Below are positions 28,085-40,446 of a DNA stretch of 64,000 nucleotides, piece after piece. The DNA is from Eledone cirrhosa (Eukaryota): assembly GCA_964016885.1 (NCBI GenBank), contig OZ024740.1:417756001-417820000 (forward strand). Direction: 5' to 3'. The position numbers were made by a program, and so were the translations under genes. The notes beneath the pieces were generated by a model, which ran no database searches, was not told the origin of the DNA, and saw nothing but the letters and a program-made list of their open reading frames with translations. Within the stretch, counting starts at the first letter, position 1; each line of letters opens with the position of its first letter.

Positions 28085-30877
28085 TCTTCTGGTTTTATAA
28101 TTTCACAAAATTTTACCAATAGAGAGAGAGTCGGTTTCTAACATAGACACAAGACTCTCTCATTGGAATTTACACAACATCAACTAGGTAGATATGTATG
28201 TATGCATGCATGTGTAGATATGGATGTTATTGTATGTGTGGATGTGGATGTTTTGAGTTGTATGTGTGCATGTGTATATGCTTTGTATCTGTACATGTGT
28301 ATATGCAGTTATTAGATGCAACATTTTTGGAATGTTTTACATATTTTTACTGTTCCATTAATGGATTGTACTTGTAATTTCCTAACTAGTTGTGTTCTTT
28401 CTGTTCCTGTGAAGCCTAGCTTCTCAAGATTTGTATTGAGGCAGTTACTAACATATCCCAGTGCCCCAATAATCACAGGCATAAATCTGAAGGTGTAATC
28501 AGGGTGGAGTATCTGCAGATTTCTCATCAGTTCTGCATAAATATTCTCCTTTTCACTAATCTTTGATATTATATTGGCATCTGCTGGGCAGCTAATTTCC
28601 ACTACTGTGCATGTTTTCCTCTCCCTGTCCCATATCATAATATCTGGTCTGTTATGCCTGCATTTTATTGGGGTTTTTACTGGAACATTCCACCAGTACT
28701 CTTTCATATTATGTACATGGATGTCTTCCACATTGTTGTAGCTTTTAATGTGTTTATCATCGGGGCTATCTTTTTTACGAACTGCATTGTACAGTGTTTT
28801 GGCTACTACATCATGCCTCATAGGTAGATAGTACCGCGATGACATCTTTGGGCAGCTGCTGATGACATGGGTGATATCCTCGATGTTAGTTCTGCAGAGT
28901 CTGCACTTGTTATCACATCTAGGTGTTTTGCCTGCATCCCTATCTCTTTTGTGAATCAGGTATTTCGTGCTAATCTCCTGTTCTTGGATTGCAAAAGCGT
29001 ATACTTCAAAGTGGGAGCCAATATAGCGGTTGTTGGTCCAAGATAGACTACTTTCCTTATCTATATTACTCTCACTCTGGAGCTTCCTGGCAACATATCC
29101 ATGCATGATTTTTTGCTGATAGGCATGTAGTTTTTCATCCATGGATTCACTGCGATACTGCTGAGCGACATCCCTGGGTGTGAGTTTTTGATTATCACAC
29201 AGGGAATATCTCTCAAGGAGTTCCTTCCCAACTCTCATGATGTTATCTGTTTCATGCAGATAGACTTTCTCGAGAAGCGGGCTCCTACGCTTCGAGGTTC
29301 GTAGATGTTGTCGGAGAGATATGATGCGACATTCAAATGTTGTCTGGACTGATATTAGGCCTCTGCCTCCCTGCCTACGTTTCAAGTAAAGGCGGTCTAT
29401 GTCACTGTTGATGTGGAAGTTTCCGGTGTTGTTCAGTATTTTTCGAGTTCCAACATCAACTGCTCGGATTTCGTCTATCGTCTAATTGAGTATTCCAAAC
29501 GTTGGTGTTAGGACAGGCACAGCAAACACATTGTGAGCCACTGTTTTGTTTTGCGCAGAGAGTTCCGATGACCAGATCTTTCTTAATCGGGTGTAGTATT
29601 CCCTGGTTACGCGTTCTTTATTACAGATACCATTATAGGATATGTTCTCATCTATCCCCAGGTATCTGTAGCGGTCCTCATCAGATATCGGTGAAACAGT
29701 TATACCATTGATGACAATGTTGCTAGATTGGGTTGTTGTTTTTCCCCGCTTTACAGTCATGTATGAGCATTTATCTTGGCCAAACTCCATTCCTATATCT
29801 TTTGAGAACGTTGTAACCAGGTCAAGATTTTTCTTCATCCCATCCATGTTCTTGGCATAGAGTTTCAGATCGTCCACAAAGAAGTTATGGGTTAGGTTCG
29901 TATTTCTGTCCTCCTGTGAGCCAATGATGTATCCCTCACATTTCTTGAGCAGAAAGGACAAGGGGTTTAATGACAAGATGAACAATATCACAGAGAGACT
30001 GTCCCCCTGAAATATACCGCTGCAATATTTTATTTTATCAGTGAAAATAGAGTCCTCCCTCTCTGCCTTTAACCTTAGGATAGTAGCCCAAGAAGAAGAC
30101 AGCCTCTCTATGGCTCTGACAATAATGTCTGGGACTTTAGCAAGTTGGAGGGCCTCTATCATCCAAGAGTGGGGAACAGAATCGAAAGCTTTCTTGTAGT
30201 CCAGCCAGACTGTAGTCATATTCCTCCTAAGTTGTCGCACCTCCGACATCGCAGTTTTGTTGATTAGGAGTTGTTCAGCACATCCCCAAACGATTTTCTT
30301 TCCAGCTGTTTGTTCATCTGTGATGATGTTATTATTTTCACAGTGATCTTGGAGGAATAGGTTGAGGCAGGCTGTATACATCTTATACATTAGGTTCTGG
30401 CATGCAATGGGTCGGTAGTTTTTTGCCAAGTGGGTGTCTTTGTTCTTGGGGACCAGTAACGTTTGTGCTAATGTCAACCATTCTGGTATAAGTGTATCTC
30501 CCTTAAGAACTTGTTGGTAGAGGTCACTAAGATACCTCCGATAGAATATTAGTTTTTTGTACCAGTAGCCGACAATCATGTCTCTTCCTGGTGTTTTCTT
30601 ATCTTGGAGTTTTCCTATCACAGTCTCAAGGGTACCCTCACTTATTTCGTATGTTTTTGTTGTAGTGTAGGAGCAATAGTTCTTTCGGATTTCTCTTAGC
30701 CACACTGCATCTTGGTTGAAATTCTTCTTTTCACCCCATATTTTTCTCCAAAAGGAATCTATGTCTTTCTGGGATGGGGCCTCAGTGACACTTATTATTT
30801 TGCCCTTCATATCTCTATAGACTGATGTTTGGTTTCGTCTGAATCTTTTATTAAGCATTTTTCTCTCATCTACCTTC

Positions 30878-30879
<2 letters not shown>
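28085..30879 (-). mobile_element. 5'-truncated R4/Dong-like non-LTR retrotransposon (RT plus restriction-like endonuclease) in (CATA)n
   Basis: RT motifs NYRPIAC, LDYKKAFDSVPH, GIFQGDSLS, FVDD, YRYLG. C-terminal CCHC knuckle CRLC...HVISSC, RHD, and NRPDI...VEISCP (PD-D/ExK RLE). (TATG)n at both ends. Confidence 0.92.
28312..30879 (-). pseudogene. RT-RLE ORF of the R4/Dong-like element with one in-frame stop
   Basis: The two listed ORFs (29482-30879 and 28312-29385) are in the same frame, separated by TAG at 29482-29484 in FGILN*TIDEI, probably TGG>TAG. Confidence 0.88.
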
Positions 30880-30908
<29 letters not shown>

Positions 30909-30970
30909 TGTATGTATGTATGTATGTATGTATGTATGTATGTATGTATGTATGTATGTATGTATGTATG

Positions 30971-31577
30971 TCAGGTCACCAGTTGGTGCTACTGGTAACA
31001 TGTATCCCAGTACAACTTGTCCCATGGTCGGGTCGTTGGCGACTAAATTGGCAACCCCACCAAGGTTTCTTGGTGAGGAGGGTGACTTTGGACATCCTGC
31101 AGGACTAAAAACAAAACCTGTCAAAGGGAAAAGGAGCTCTTAAGAGTCAATGGTCATCCAAAATCACCGGGAGAGATGACCCCTTAGCCTTTGTCAAGGC
31201 AGAATTCTAGGAGAAGGAAAACTCTGATATAACACCTGCAACCCTGATGGTTACCAATGATGTTGACTTGTTCTTCTTTTTGGTAAATATCATCTTGGTT
31301 AAGAGAGTGGGACTGGCTTTGTGCAGTGCCTTTGCTTACTATAAAAGCTTCACGGCACAGGCATTGCTTTATATCTGGAGATCTCTCTGCACTTGTCGTC
31401 ACATGGTATCATGGGCCCAGCACTATGTGTCAATAATTGTCACAAGTGTAGTGTTTGTACCAGAGTTTTCAAGTCGCTGGCTGGTCTAAAAAGTCACACT
31501 CGTTCAGCGCATCGGTAGGGGTTCTCCTACATGGATATAAAGTAGTGGCCGTACTCGAAAACGAGTTGGCAGCCACT
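30971..31577. mobile_element. ~610-bp non-autonomous element, copy 1, between (TATG)n tracts
   Basis: Near-identical to 31641-32246. Contains ACCTGTCAAAGGG and CTAGGAGAAGGAAAACTCTGA, reminiscent of invertebrate RTE 5'UTRs (recalled similarity, unverified). Confidence 0.75.
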
Positions 31578-31640
31578 ATGTATGTATGTATGTATGTATG
31601 TATGTATGTATGTATGTATGTATGTATGTATGTATGTATG

Positions 31641-32246
31641 TCAGGTCACCAGTTGGTGCTACTGGTAACATGTATCCCAGTACAACCTGTCCCATGGTCG
31701 GGTCGTTGGCGACTAAACTGGCAACCCCACCAAGGTTTCTTGGTGAGGAGGGTGACTTTGGACATCCTGCAGGACTAAAAACAAAACCTGTCAAAGGGCA
31801 AAGGAGCTCTTAAGAGTCAATGGCCATCCAAAATCACCGGGAGAGATGACCCCTTAGCCTTTGTCAAGGCAGAATTCTAGGAGAAGGAAAACTCTGATAT
31901 AACACCTGCAACCCTGATGGTATCCAATGATGTTGACTTGTTCTTCTTTTTGGTAAATATCATCTTGGTTAAGAGAGTGGGACTGGCTTTGTGCAGTGCC
32001 TTTGCTCACTATAAAAGCTTCACGGCACAGGCATTGCTTTATATCTGGAGATCTCTCTGCACTTGTCCTCACATGGTACCTGGGCCCAGCACTATGTGTC
32101 AATAATTGTCACAAGTGTAGTGTTTGTACCAGAGGTTTCAAGTCGCTGGCTGGACAAAAAGTCACACTCGTTCAGCGCTTCGGTAGGGGTTCTCCTACAT
32201 GGATATAAAGTAGTGGCCGTACTCGAAAACGAGTTGGCAGCCACCA
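31641..32246. mobile_element. ~610-bp non-autonomous element, copy 2
   Basis: Direct repeat of 30971-31577 with scattered substitutions and the same termini (TCAGGTCACC...GTTGGCAGCCAC). Confidence 0.75.
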
Positions 32247-32731
32247 TGTATGTATGTATGTGTTTGTTTGTGTTTGCTAATAATTAGTAGAAAGCTACGT
32301 TGAATTGCACCACTTTATACTAAAATCTAACTTAGCTAAGAATGTTTTTAAAGAAAGTACTAGAGTGAAATGTGCTGGTGTCGATATGACCGGCTAAAAA
32401 GCTTTAAGGCGGTACCTAGGAGTAGTTGCATTGTACTAACAGAAACTAGTAGATTAAATGAATATTCTTGGCACGGTATATATCAATGAATGTGTATTTA
32501 TATAATATAAACTGCTAACTATTTGGAATGATATCACGTTCTGAATACCTTAGCCTGAAATAGTTGTACTACTGCTTCCTAGTGCTAATGACTTTTAGTA
32601 TATTAAAGCAAAATATCGTAAGAACTAACAATTCACAAGAACAGAACAACGTTTTCTAGACCCCCCCCCTCTCTTTATATATATATATATATATGTGTGT
32701 GGGTATATATATATGCATGTATTGTATGTAC

Positions 32732-32850
<119 letters not shown>

Positions 32851-32999
32851 AACAGAGACCTGTACACTCTATAGCCAAGATTAAAAACCTTCCTACTCCA
32901 CCAATTAATAAATTATTAAGACTTATAAGTTATTCTAGCTGACTGACAGCAAACACGGATTCAGTGAAGTTCTACCCTCGAACGGCCGAATATATCTAA

Positions 33000-33240
33000 A
33001 GTTTGTCTCGAGACTGGAGGCTCGTCAGGTCGCTGCTTATCTCGGTTTCTGTAGCATGACTCCCTCCTATACAAGACGCTAGTCCACCACAGGGTTAAAT
33101 TCCCAGCTATTACTAGTACTCACTCCCAGCTGAAATGAAGTGTTTTGTTCAAGAACCCAACACACAACCCAGTCCAGGAATTGAACCCCTGACATGATGA
33201 TCATAAGTACAACACCCTTACCACTAGGCCGTGCACGTCC
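33000..33240 (-). mobile_element. CORE-type SINE, degenerate
   Basis: Minus-strand tRNA-like head (GGCCTAGTGGTAAGGGTG...GGTTCAATTCC) and TTCTTGAACAAAACACTTCATTTC. Confidence 0.75.
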
Positions 33241-33454
33241 ATATTGTAATGTATAATAACAGCTTATTTCAGACCTACTTAAATATCTAAACTCAATTAT
33301 AACTAGAGCTCATTTCTTATATCTGAACGTCATTCTACACATTCCGCTGTTAATAACATTTCGACTCTAATGTTCGGCACTAAGATAACATCCACGTGCA
33401 ACTTCTAAACCTCTCGCTTTGTCATCTTATCACCCTACATGTTAACCAATCAAA

Positions 33455-33555
33455 ACATTCTGTATTGAGAAATCAATTTGAGAGGCGACATTCTGTATTG
33501 AGAAATCAATTTGAGAGGCGACATTCTGCATTGAGAAATCAATTTGAGAGGCGAC
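33455..33555 (+). repeat. 33-bp tandem repeat x3
   Basis: ACATTCTGYATTGAGAAATCAATTTGAGAGGCG at 33455, 33488 and 33521. Confidence 0.95.
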
Positions 33556-34299
33556 GTGCTGCGATTCACTCTCCGCCTCCAGCCTTCTCACTTCGACCAG
33601 AAACCCGGGCTTCGCTGCCCGCAATGAGGAGGAGAGGAAGATTGTTAAATACCAGGGCCTGACCCGCCGCTTTCTCTTTGTACTGGTCTCCGTTGAGACC
33701 TTTGGTGTCCTTGGTCTCCGTAATTCTAATTTCCTTTGTAAAGTCGGAAAGACGGCAGTCCTGTTTAGGAGGGTGTCCCGTGAGGTTGGGTAACTGTTGC
33801 AGTGAGTGTCTCAGACCATTCTCCGTGGTAACACCTTTGTCATTTTGTCCGCGTGACGCAGCTGAGAAATCACACTGACTGGGGTGTTAAGTCTGTCCCC
33901 TCCCCTCCTCTTACCTTTCTTTCGTTACTTGATCCTCTTTTCTTTTTCTTCTTTTCATTAGCTGTTTTTCCTTTCTTCTTTGTTCCCTTTAACTGTGTTT
34001 TCTATTTGTATAAACAGCTTTGTTCAATAAACTCCTCTTATTAATCAACAACAACAATAATAAAATACCTTACTTTCATTTGCTACCATTCAACCAGAAG
34101 AAAGTGATACTCAGTTATTAGGTGTAACCAGAAATGATCTCAGGTTTCAATCAGGAGTCTTTGTAAGTTTGAAAACAATAGAGGAAATCTTATGTTAAAG
34201 AATCATAACATTTTCTTGTGATATGAAATGTGGCTTGCATGACTGCATGGATTCAGGTATAAAACCTCAGTGAATTGCTAAATGCACATAAATTATAGC

Positions 34300-34580
34300 T
34301 GTGGCGGCACGTGATCTAGTAGTAAGGGTGTTGGGCTTACGATCATAATGTCGTGGGTTTGATTCCTGCATGTTGTGTTCTTGAGCAAAACACTTCATTT
34401 CAAGTTGCTCCAGTATACTCGGCTGAAAATGAGTACGCGCAATAGCTGGGGGTTTAACCCTGCGATGGACTGGCGTCCTGTCCAGGGGGAAGTCTTGTAT
34501 TCTCAGTCGCTTCACGCCATGAAACCGGGATAAGCACCGGTCTAGCGAGCTTTCTGGCTTAAGATAGACTTTAGACTTTT
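34300..34580 (+). mobile_element. CORE-type tRNA SINE
   Basis: CTAGTAGTAAGGGTG...GGTTTGATTCC...TTCTTGAGCAAAACACTTCATTTC...CTGAAAATGAGTAC...GCGATGGACTGGCGTCC, with a short tandem (AGACTTT) tail. Confidence 0.8.
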
Positions 34581-34899
34581 AGACATAATTTATAGCTAAG
34601 TGCGGGATAACATAATTAATGAAGTGGACGCAAAACCAATTGGGGACTCCCAGCGTTCTTAGCATCCCTACTCATGGCTATCAGAGCGGAGTTGGTTCCC
34701 CGTAGATCGAAGCCCCACGAGGTGGGGTGGCTGTTCCAGTATGTCTCCTTCACCTTCCCCCGGAGAAATGTCTTCGCCATCGTGTCGATCGGAGCCATGA
34801 GGCGGACTGATCCTTAAATTTCATTTATAATGATCGTATGCAGATTAGATTTGCTTCCATAAGCATGATTAGTAAGAAAGTGAATAGTAACTCTCTAAC

Positions 34900-37465
34900 C
34901 TTCCCTCACTATATGTAGCTTACTCTCTTCCCCCTCCCTCACTATATGTAACTTACTCTCTTCCCCCTCCCTCACTATATGTAGCTTACTCTCTTCCCCC
35001 TCCCTCACTATATGTAACTTACTCTCTTCCCCCTCTCTCACTATATGTAACTTACTCTCTTCCCCCTCCCTCACTATATGTAACTTACTCTCTTCCCCCT
35101 CTCTCACTATATGTAAATTACTCTCTTCCCCCTCTCTCAATATATGTAACTTATTCTCTTCCCCCTCCCTTACAATATATAACTTACTCTCTTCCCCCTC
35201 CCTCACTATATGTAACTTACTCTCCCCCCCCCTCACTATATGTAACTTACTCTCTTCCCCCTCTCTCAATATATGTAACTTATACTCTTCTCCCTCCCTC
35301 ACTATATGTAACTTACTCTCTTCCCCCTCTCTCACTATATGTAACTTACTCTCTTCCCCTCCCTCACTATATGTAACTTACTCTCTTCCCCCTCCCTCAC
35401 TATATGTAACTTACTCCCCCCCTCACTATATGTAACTTACTCCCCCCTCACTATATGTAACTTACTCTCTTCCCCCTCTCTCACTATATGTAACTTACTC
35501 TCTTCCCCCTCTGTCACTATATGTAACTTACTCTCTTCCCCCTCTCTCAATATATGTAACTTACTCTCTCCCCCCTCACTATATGTAACTTACTCTCTTC
35601 CCCCTCCCTCACTATATGTAACTTACTCTCTTCCCCCTCCCTCACTATATGTAACTTACTCTCTTCCATCTCTCTCAATATATGTAACTTACTCTCCTCC
35701 CCCTCCCTCACTATATGTAACTTACTCTCTTCCCCCTCTCTCACTATATGTAACTTACTCTCTTCCCCCTCCCTCACTATATGTAACTTACTCTCTTCCC
35801 CCTCTCTCACTATATGTAACTTACTCTCTTCCCCCTCTCTCACTATATGTAACTTACTCTCTTCCCCCTCTCTCAATATATGTAACTTATTCTCTTCCCC
35901 CTCCTTCACAATATGTAACTTACTCTCTTCCCCCTCCCTCACTATATGTAACTTACTCTCTTCCCCCTCTCTCACTATATGTAACTTACTCTCTTCCCCC
36001 TCCCTCACTATATGTAACTTACTCTCTTCCCCCTCTCTCACTATATGTAACTTACTCCCCCTCACTATATGTAACTTACTCTCTTCCCCCTCTCTCACTA
36101 TATGTAACTTACTCTCTTCCCCTCCCTCACTATATGTAACTTACTCTCTTCCCCCTCCCTCACTATATGTAACTTACTCCCCCCTCACTATATGTAACTT
36201 ACTCTCTTCCCCCTCTCTCACTATATGTAACTTACTCTCTTCCCCCTCTCTCAATATATGTAACTTACTCTCTCCCCCCTCACTATATGTAACTTACTCT
36301 CTTCCCCCTCCCTCACTATATGTAACTTACTCTCTTCCCCCTCCCTCACTATATGTAACTTACTCTCTTCCATCTCTCTCAATATATGTAACTTACTCTC
36401 CTCCCCCTCCCTCACTATATGTAACTTACTCTCTTCCCCCTCTCTCACTATATGTAACTTACTCTCTTCCCCCTCCCTCACTATATGTAACTTACTCTCT
36501 TCCCCCTCTCTCACTATATGTAACTTACTCTCTTCCCCCTCTCTCACTATATGTAACTTACTCTCTTCCCCCTCTCTCAATATATGTAACTTATTCTCTT
36601 CCCCCTCCTTCACAATATGTAACTTACTCTCTTCCCCCTCCCTCACTATATGTAACTTACTCTCTTCCCCCTCTCTCACTATATGTAACTTACTCTCTTC
36701 CCCCTCCCTCACTATATGTAACTTACTCTCTTCCCCCTCTCTCAATATATGTAACTTATACTCTTCTCCCTCCCTCACTATATGTAACTTACTCTCTTCC
36801 CCCTCTCTCACTATATGTAACTTACTCCCCCTCACTATATGTAACTTACTCTCTTCCCCCTCTCTCACTATATGTAACTTACTCTCTTCCCCTCCCTCAC
36901 TATATGTAACTTACTCTCTTCCCCCTCCCTCACTATATGTAACTTACTCCCCCCTCACTATATGTAACTTACTCTCTCCCCCTCACTATATGTAATTTAC
37001 TCTCTTCCCCCTCCCTCACTATATGTAATTTACTCTCTTCCCCCTCCCTCACTATATGTAACTTACTCCCTTCCCCCTCTCTCACTATATGTAACTTACT
37101 CTCTTGCCCCTCCCCCACTATATGAAACTTATTCTCTTCCCCCTCCCTCACTATATGTAACTTACTCTCTTCCCCCTCCCTCACTCATGTAACTTATTCT
37201 CTTCCCCCTCCCTCACTATATGTAACTTATTCTCTTCCCCCTCCCTCACTATATGTAATTTACTCTCTTCCCCCTCCCTCACTATATGTAACTTACTCCC
37301 TTCCCCCTCTCTCACTATATGTAACTTACTCTCTTCCCCCTCTCTCACTATATGTAACTTACTCTCTTCCCCTCCCTCACTATATGTAACTTACTCTCCT
37401 CCCCCTCCCTCACTATATGTAACTTACTCTCTTCCCCCTCTCTCAATATATGTAAGTTACTGTCT
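34900..37465 (+). repeat. 33-bp minisatellite (~80 units) with ~0.7-kb higher-order duplication
   Basis: CTCACTATATGTAACTTACTCTCTTCCCCCTCY. The rare variant CCATCTCTCT recurs at about 35666 and 36370. Confidence 0.97.
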
Positions 37466-37938
37466 TCAAAGTAAAGTATATAACAATTGAAAATTACAAC
37501 TGTAAACAAATGAAAATGTATTAACATTAATGATAATTCATGTTAAAAGGAACAAGGGAGAGAATTCCTAAAATTAAATTAATTAAAAGCTAAAACTTTG
37601 CTATCACCGGATTAACAGAAGGAAACCTTGTAACTTCTCAAATATAAATATGTTATTAATAACTTCAAATGCACAAAAGTCAGAAAATGTTGAACATATC
37701 TTGAGAGAGTCATTAGAGGTCAGCAGGCCAGGAATCTTTCGCACTCTACTAGAAAATAATCAGATCTTGTGCTACCAGAAAAAAAAACTTATCTCGTCGC
37801 GCTCAAACCACATATAACAAAACAAATTTAAAATGTGGACTCGGATGCAAGTCTGCAGCAAGTTTGATATCAAAATTTCGGCGCCACAAACTAAACTATT
37901 CAAAAATCATTATCATTGATATCTTTCACTACGTATCC

Positions 37939-38031
<93 letters not shown>

Positions 38032-38352
38032 TCTCTCTCTCTCTCGCTCAACAATTATCTTTCTGTTCATCTGTAAACTTTATACCACTCGACAATCCTA
38101 CCTAGATCATTCAATCATGGCCTGTGACACACACAAATACACACACAGACACACATATATATATATATATATACATATGCGTGTGTATATTATATACATA
38201 TGTGTGTGTGCGTGTGTGTGTGTAAATGTGTGTGTGTTAATGTGTTTTTAATATACCCTTTTAATAACTATATGTTTATAGATTATTCCTTTCAATGAAG
38301 ATATATGTTTTTCAATTTGCTAGATCTACAAGAATGATCGGGGGTTATAGCT

Positions 38353-38410
<58 letters not shown>

Positions 38411-38411
<1 letters not shown>

Positions 38412-38636
38412 TTAAAATAACAGATTAAAGTCTAAGCAAAAAATCGCTGCTTTCACCTTAACGGGATCTTCTGAAACTAGTTTCAGAAGATCCCGTTAAG
38501 GGTGAAAGCAGCGATTTTTTGCTTAAACTTTAATCTGTTATTCTAATAAATATTTGCTCTACGGTTCTTATATATTTGATATATATTTATCCTTATCGAG
38601 CCCTCTTTGGATTTTAGTCTTCACATTTATTATTAT

Positions 38637-38640
<4 letters not shown>
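38411..38640 (+). mobile_element. Palindromic HHR-bearing element in (TA)n
   Basis: Inverted arms 38411-38478 and 38479-38547 centred on CTAG, followed by an unpaired ~90-bp tail. Confidence 0.8.
38479..38529 (+). ncRNA. Type-I hammerhead-like motif (core CAGAAGA), mirrored on the minus strand
   Basis: AGTTT-CAGAAGA-T-CCC GTTAA GGG-T-GAAA-GCA...TGC-TT-AAACT. One deviation from CUGANGA. Confidence 0.65.
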
Positions 38641-38698
<58 letters not shown>

Positions 38699-39087
38699 TT
38701 GTTGAGTGAGATGGAGTTGGTCGGAGTATCGCTTAAAGCTTTCTCTGTTTATCTATTGTATTGTATATATATATATATATCACTGTATCATTTTATATAT
38801 CATTGTCTATATTCAAAAGTTTTTAGTAGAATTTTATGTCAATGGCTTCGCCAACGGAGAGTGGACAGTGTCCACAGCCTATTTTCTTTCGGCGCCTTCT
38901 AGATTGGTTATTTTCTCACTAGAACCTTGCTGACCCAGATGTTTCCAACAGTGTGTACTCCACTAAAAGCACTCAAATGACATGATGTGGTGTTGTGAAA
39001 CTAAGCGATGTATTAGGTTTACAAATAAAGAACATATTTTACCATCAACCTGGAGAGGGGGGTATGTGGAGGGTATCTGTACAGATT

Positions 39088-39460
39088 TCCTTCTTCTTCT
39101 CCCACTTATTCCTGAGAGGGTCATGGGGGAAGAGTCCTCAAACACTCCTTCCAGCAGGTCCTGTCAGAAGCAACAATCTCCAATTGATCCGGCTGGATCC
39201 CCAAGCGACACCAGCCAAGCTTATGGATGTTATCCAACCATCTTCCTCGGGATCTACCCCTGGGCCACCTGCTGGTTGGTTTTGCCCGTAAAATCTATTC
39301 TACGATTCTTTCCTGCGACATTCTATCCACATGTATCCACATTCTATCCACATTATATCCATATTCTATCCATATTCTATCCCATAGTATCAGAGCTGTG
39401 ATCTCTCAATTCAGAGAAGTAACGGTTCTACCTGCACAGATTCCTCTCTAACTCATTTCA
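39088..39460 (-). mobile_element. 3' relic of an RTE-clade (Rex3/Expander-like) LINE
   Basis: Minus strand reads VEPLLL*IERSQL*YYG...HVDRMSQERIVE*ILRAKPTSRWPRGRSRGRWLDNI...RLGIQP...DRTCW...TLPP*, followed by a (GAA)n tail. Confidence 0.85.
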
Positions 39461-39584
39461 CTCATTATTCTTCGATCGATCTGAAATATACTTCCACGAG
39501 GTTTCATGTTGTGGGATCGAACTTGGAACCATTTGATTGCAGCACGAACTTCTTAACCAAGTGACCATACTAGTTTTATATAAT

Positions 39585-39800
39585 GGGCTCAGATTTAGGC
39601 ACAAGGTCAACAAATTTTGGGGGAGTGAAAAATCAATTGGATTAACTCCAGTTCATTACTGGTACTTTATTTTATCGATCCTGTAAGGATGACAGGCAAA
39701 GCTATAACCTCGGCGGGATTTGAACTCAGAACGTAAAGAGACGTACCTCTACGCCGCAAAGCATATTGTCCGGCGCTCTACTGATATTGCCAATCCACTG
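39585..39800 (-). mobile_element. MetaSINE-like SINE
   Basis: Same family as 24000-24215. Confidence 0.8.
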
Positions 39801-40136
39801 CTCTTGCCTGCTTTATATAATAAAATTACATAATATTACTATGACAACGAACATGCAGAGAGAATCTCTTATGATTGATTTTCAACCTGCTAGAAATAGC
39901 AGTCAGGTTGGTTAGCATACCCGGGATGTTTTTCTTCTTCTTTGATGTTATAAAATAAGTACCAATAAACCTTCCTGGGTATACCATTCTTCCATTACTG
40001 TACTTACTTTTCGATTGTCAGTTTTCGTTTTTGTGTGGTATACGAAGGAACCAACCAACAAACAACTCTCTTTTATATTATGTATAGATTACATGATATT
40101 GTTATAATAAGAACTGTACATTTTTTATTATTCTAC

Positions 40137-40323
40137 GTTGTGGATTGGCAGCATCAGTAAGTAGAGGGTTGGATGCTATGCTTTCTAGCATAGTTACGTC
40201 CCTTTATGGTTTGAGTTCAAATCCCGTCGAGGTTAACTTTGCCTTTCATCCTTACGGGGTCGATAAAATAAAGTACCAGTAATGTACTGGGTAATTGCTG
40301 GCCTTGTGCCAAAAGTAGAAACA
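40137..40323 (+). mobile_element. MetaSINE-like SINE with 10-bp TSD
   Basis: TSD ATTATTCTAC at 40127-40136 and 40324-40333. Confidence 0.85.
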
Positions 40324-40446
40324 ATTATTCTACATACAACAAAAGACGGGGAATGTGATTAATACTGATTCCAATCGTCTTTATTCTGATAACACCTTTG
40401 CGTTAATTACAAAACAGTATTAGGTTGAGGTCAATCCAAACGATTA

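Noticed and set aside
33245-34056. Solo LTR (TGT start, AATAAA at 34026, ACA end)
   Set aside because: No convincing target-site duplication or second copy in the window.
34895-37184. REGEESKLHIV repeat protein
   Set aside because: 33-bp minisatellite with frequent frameshifting unit-length variants; no splice or unique coding context.
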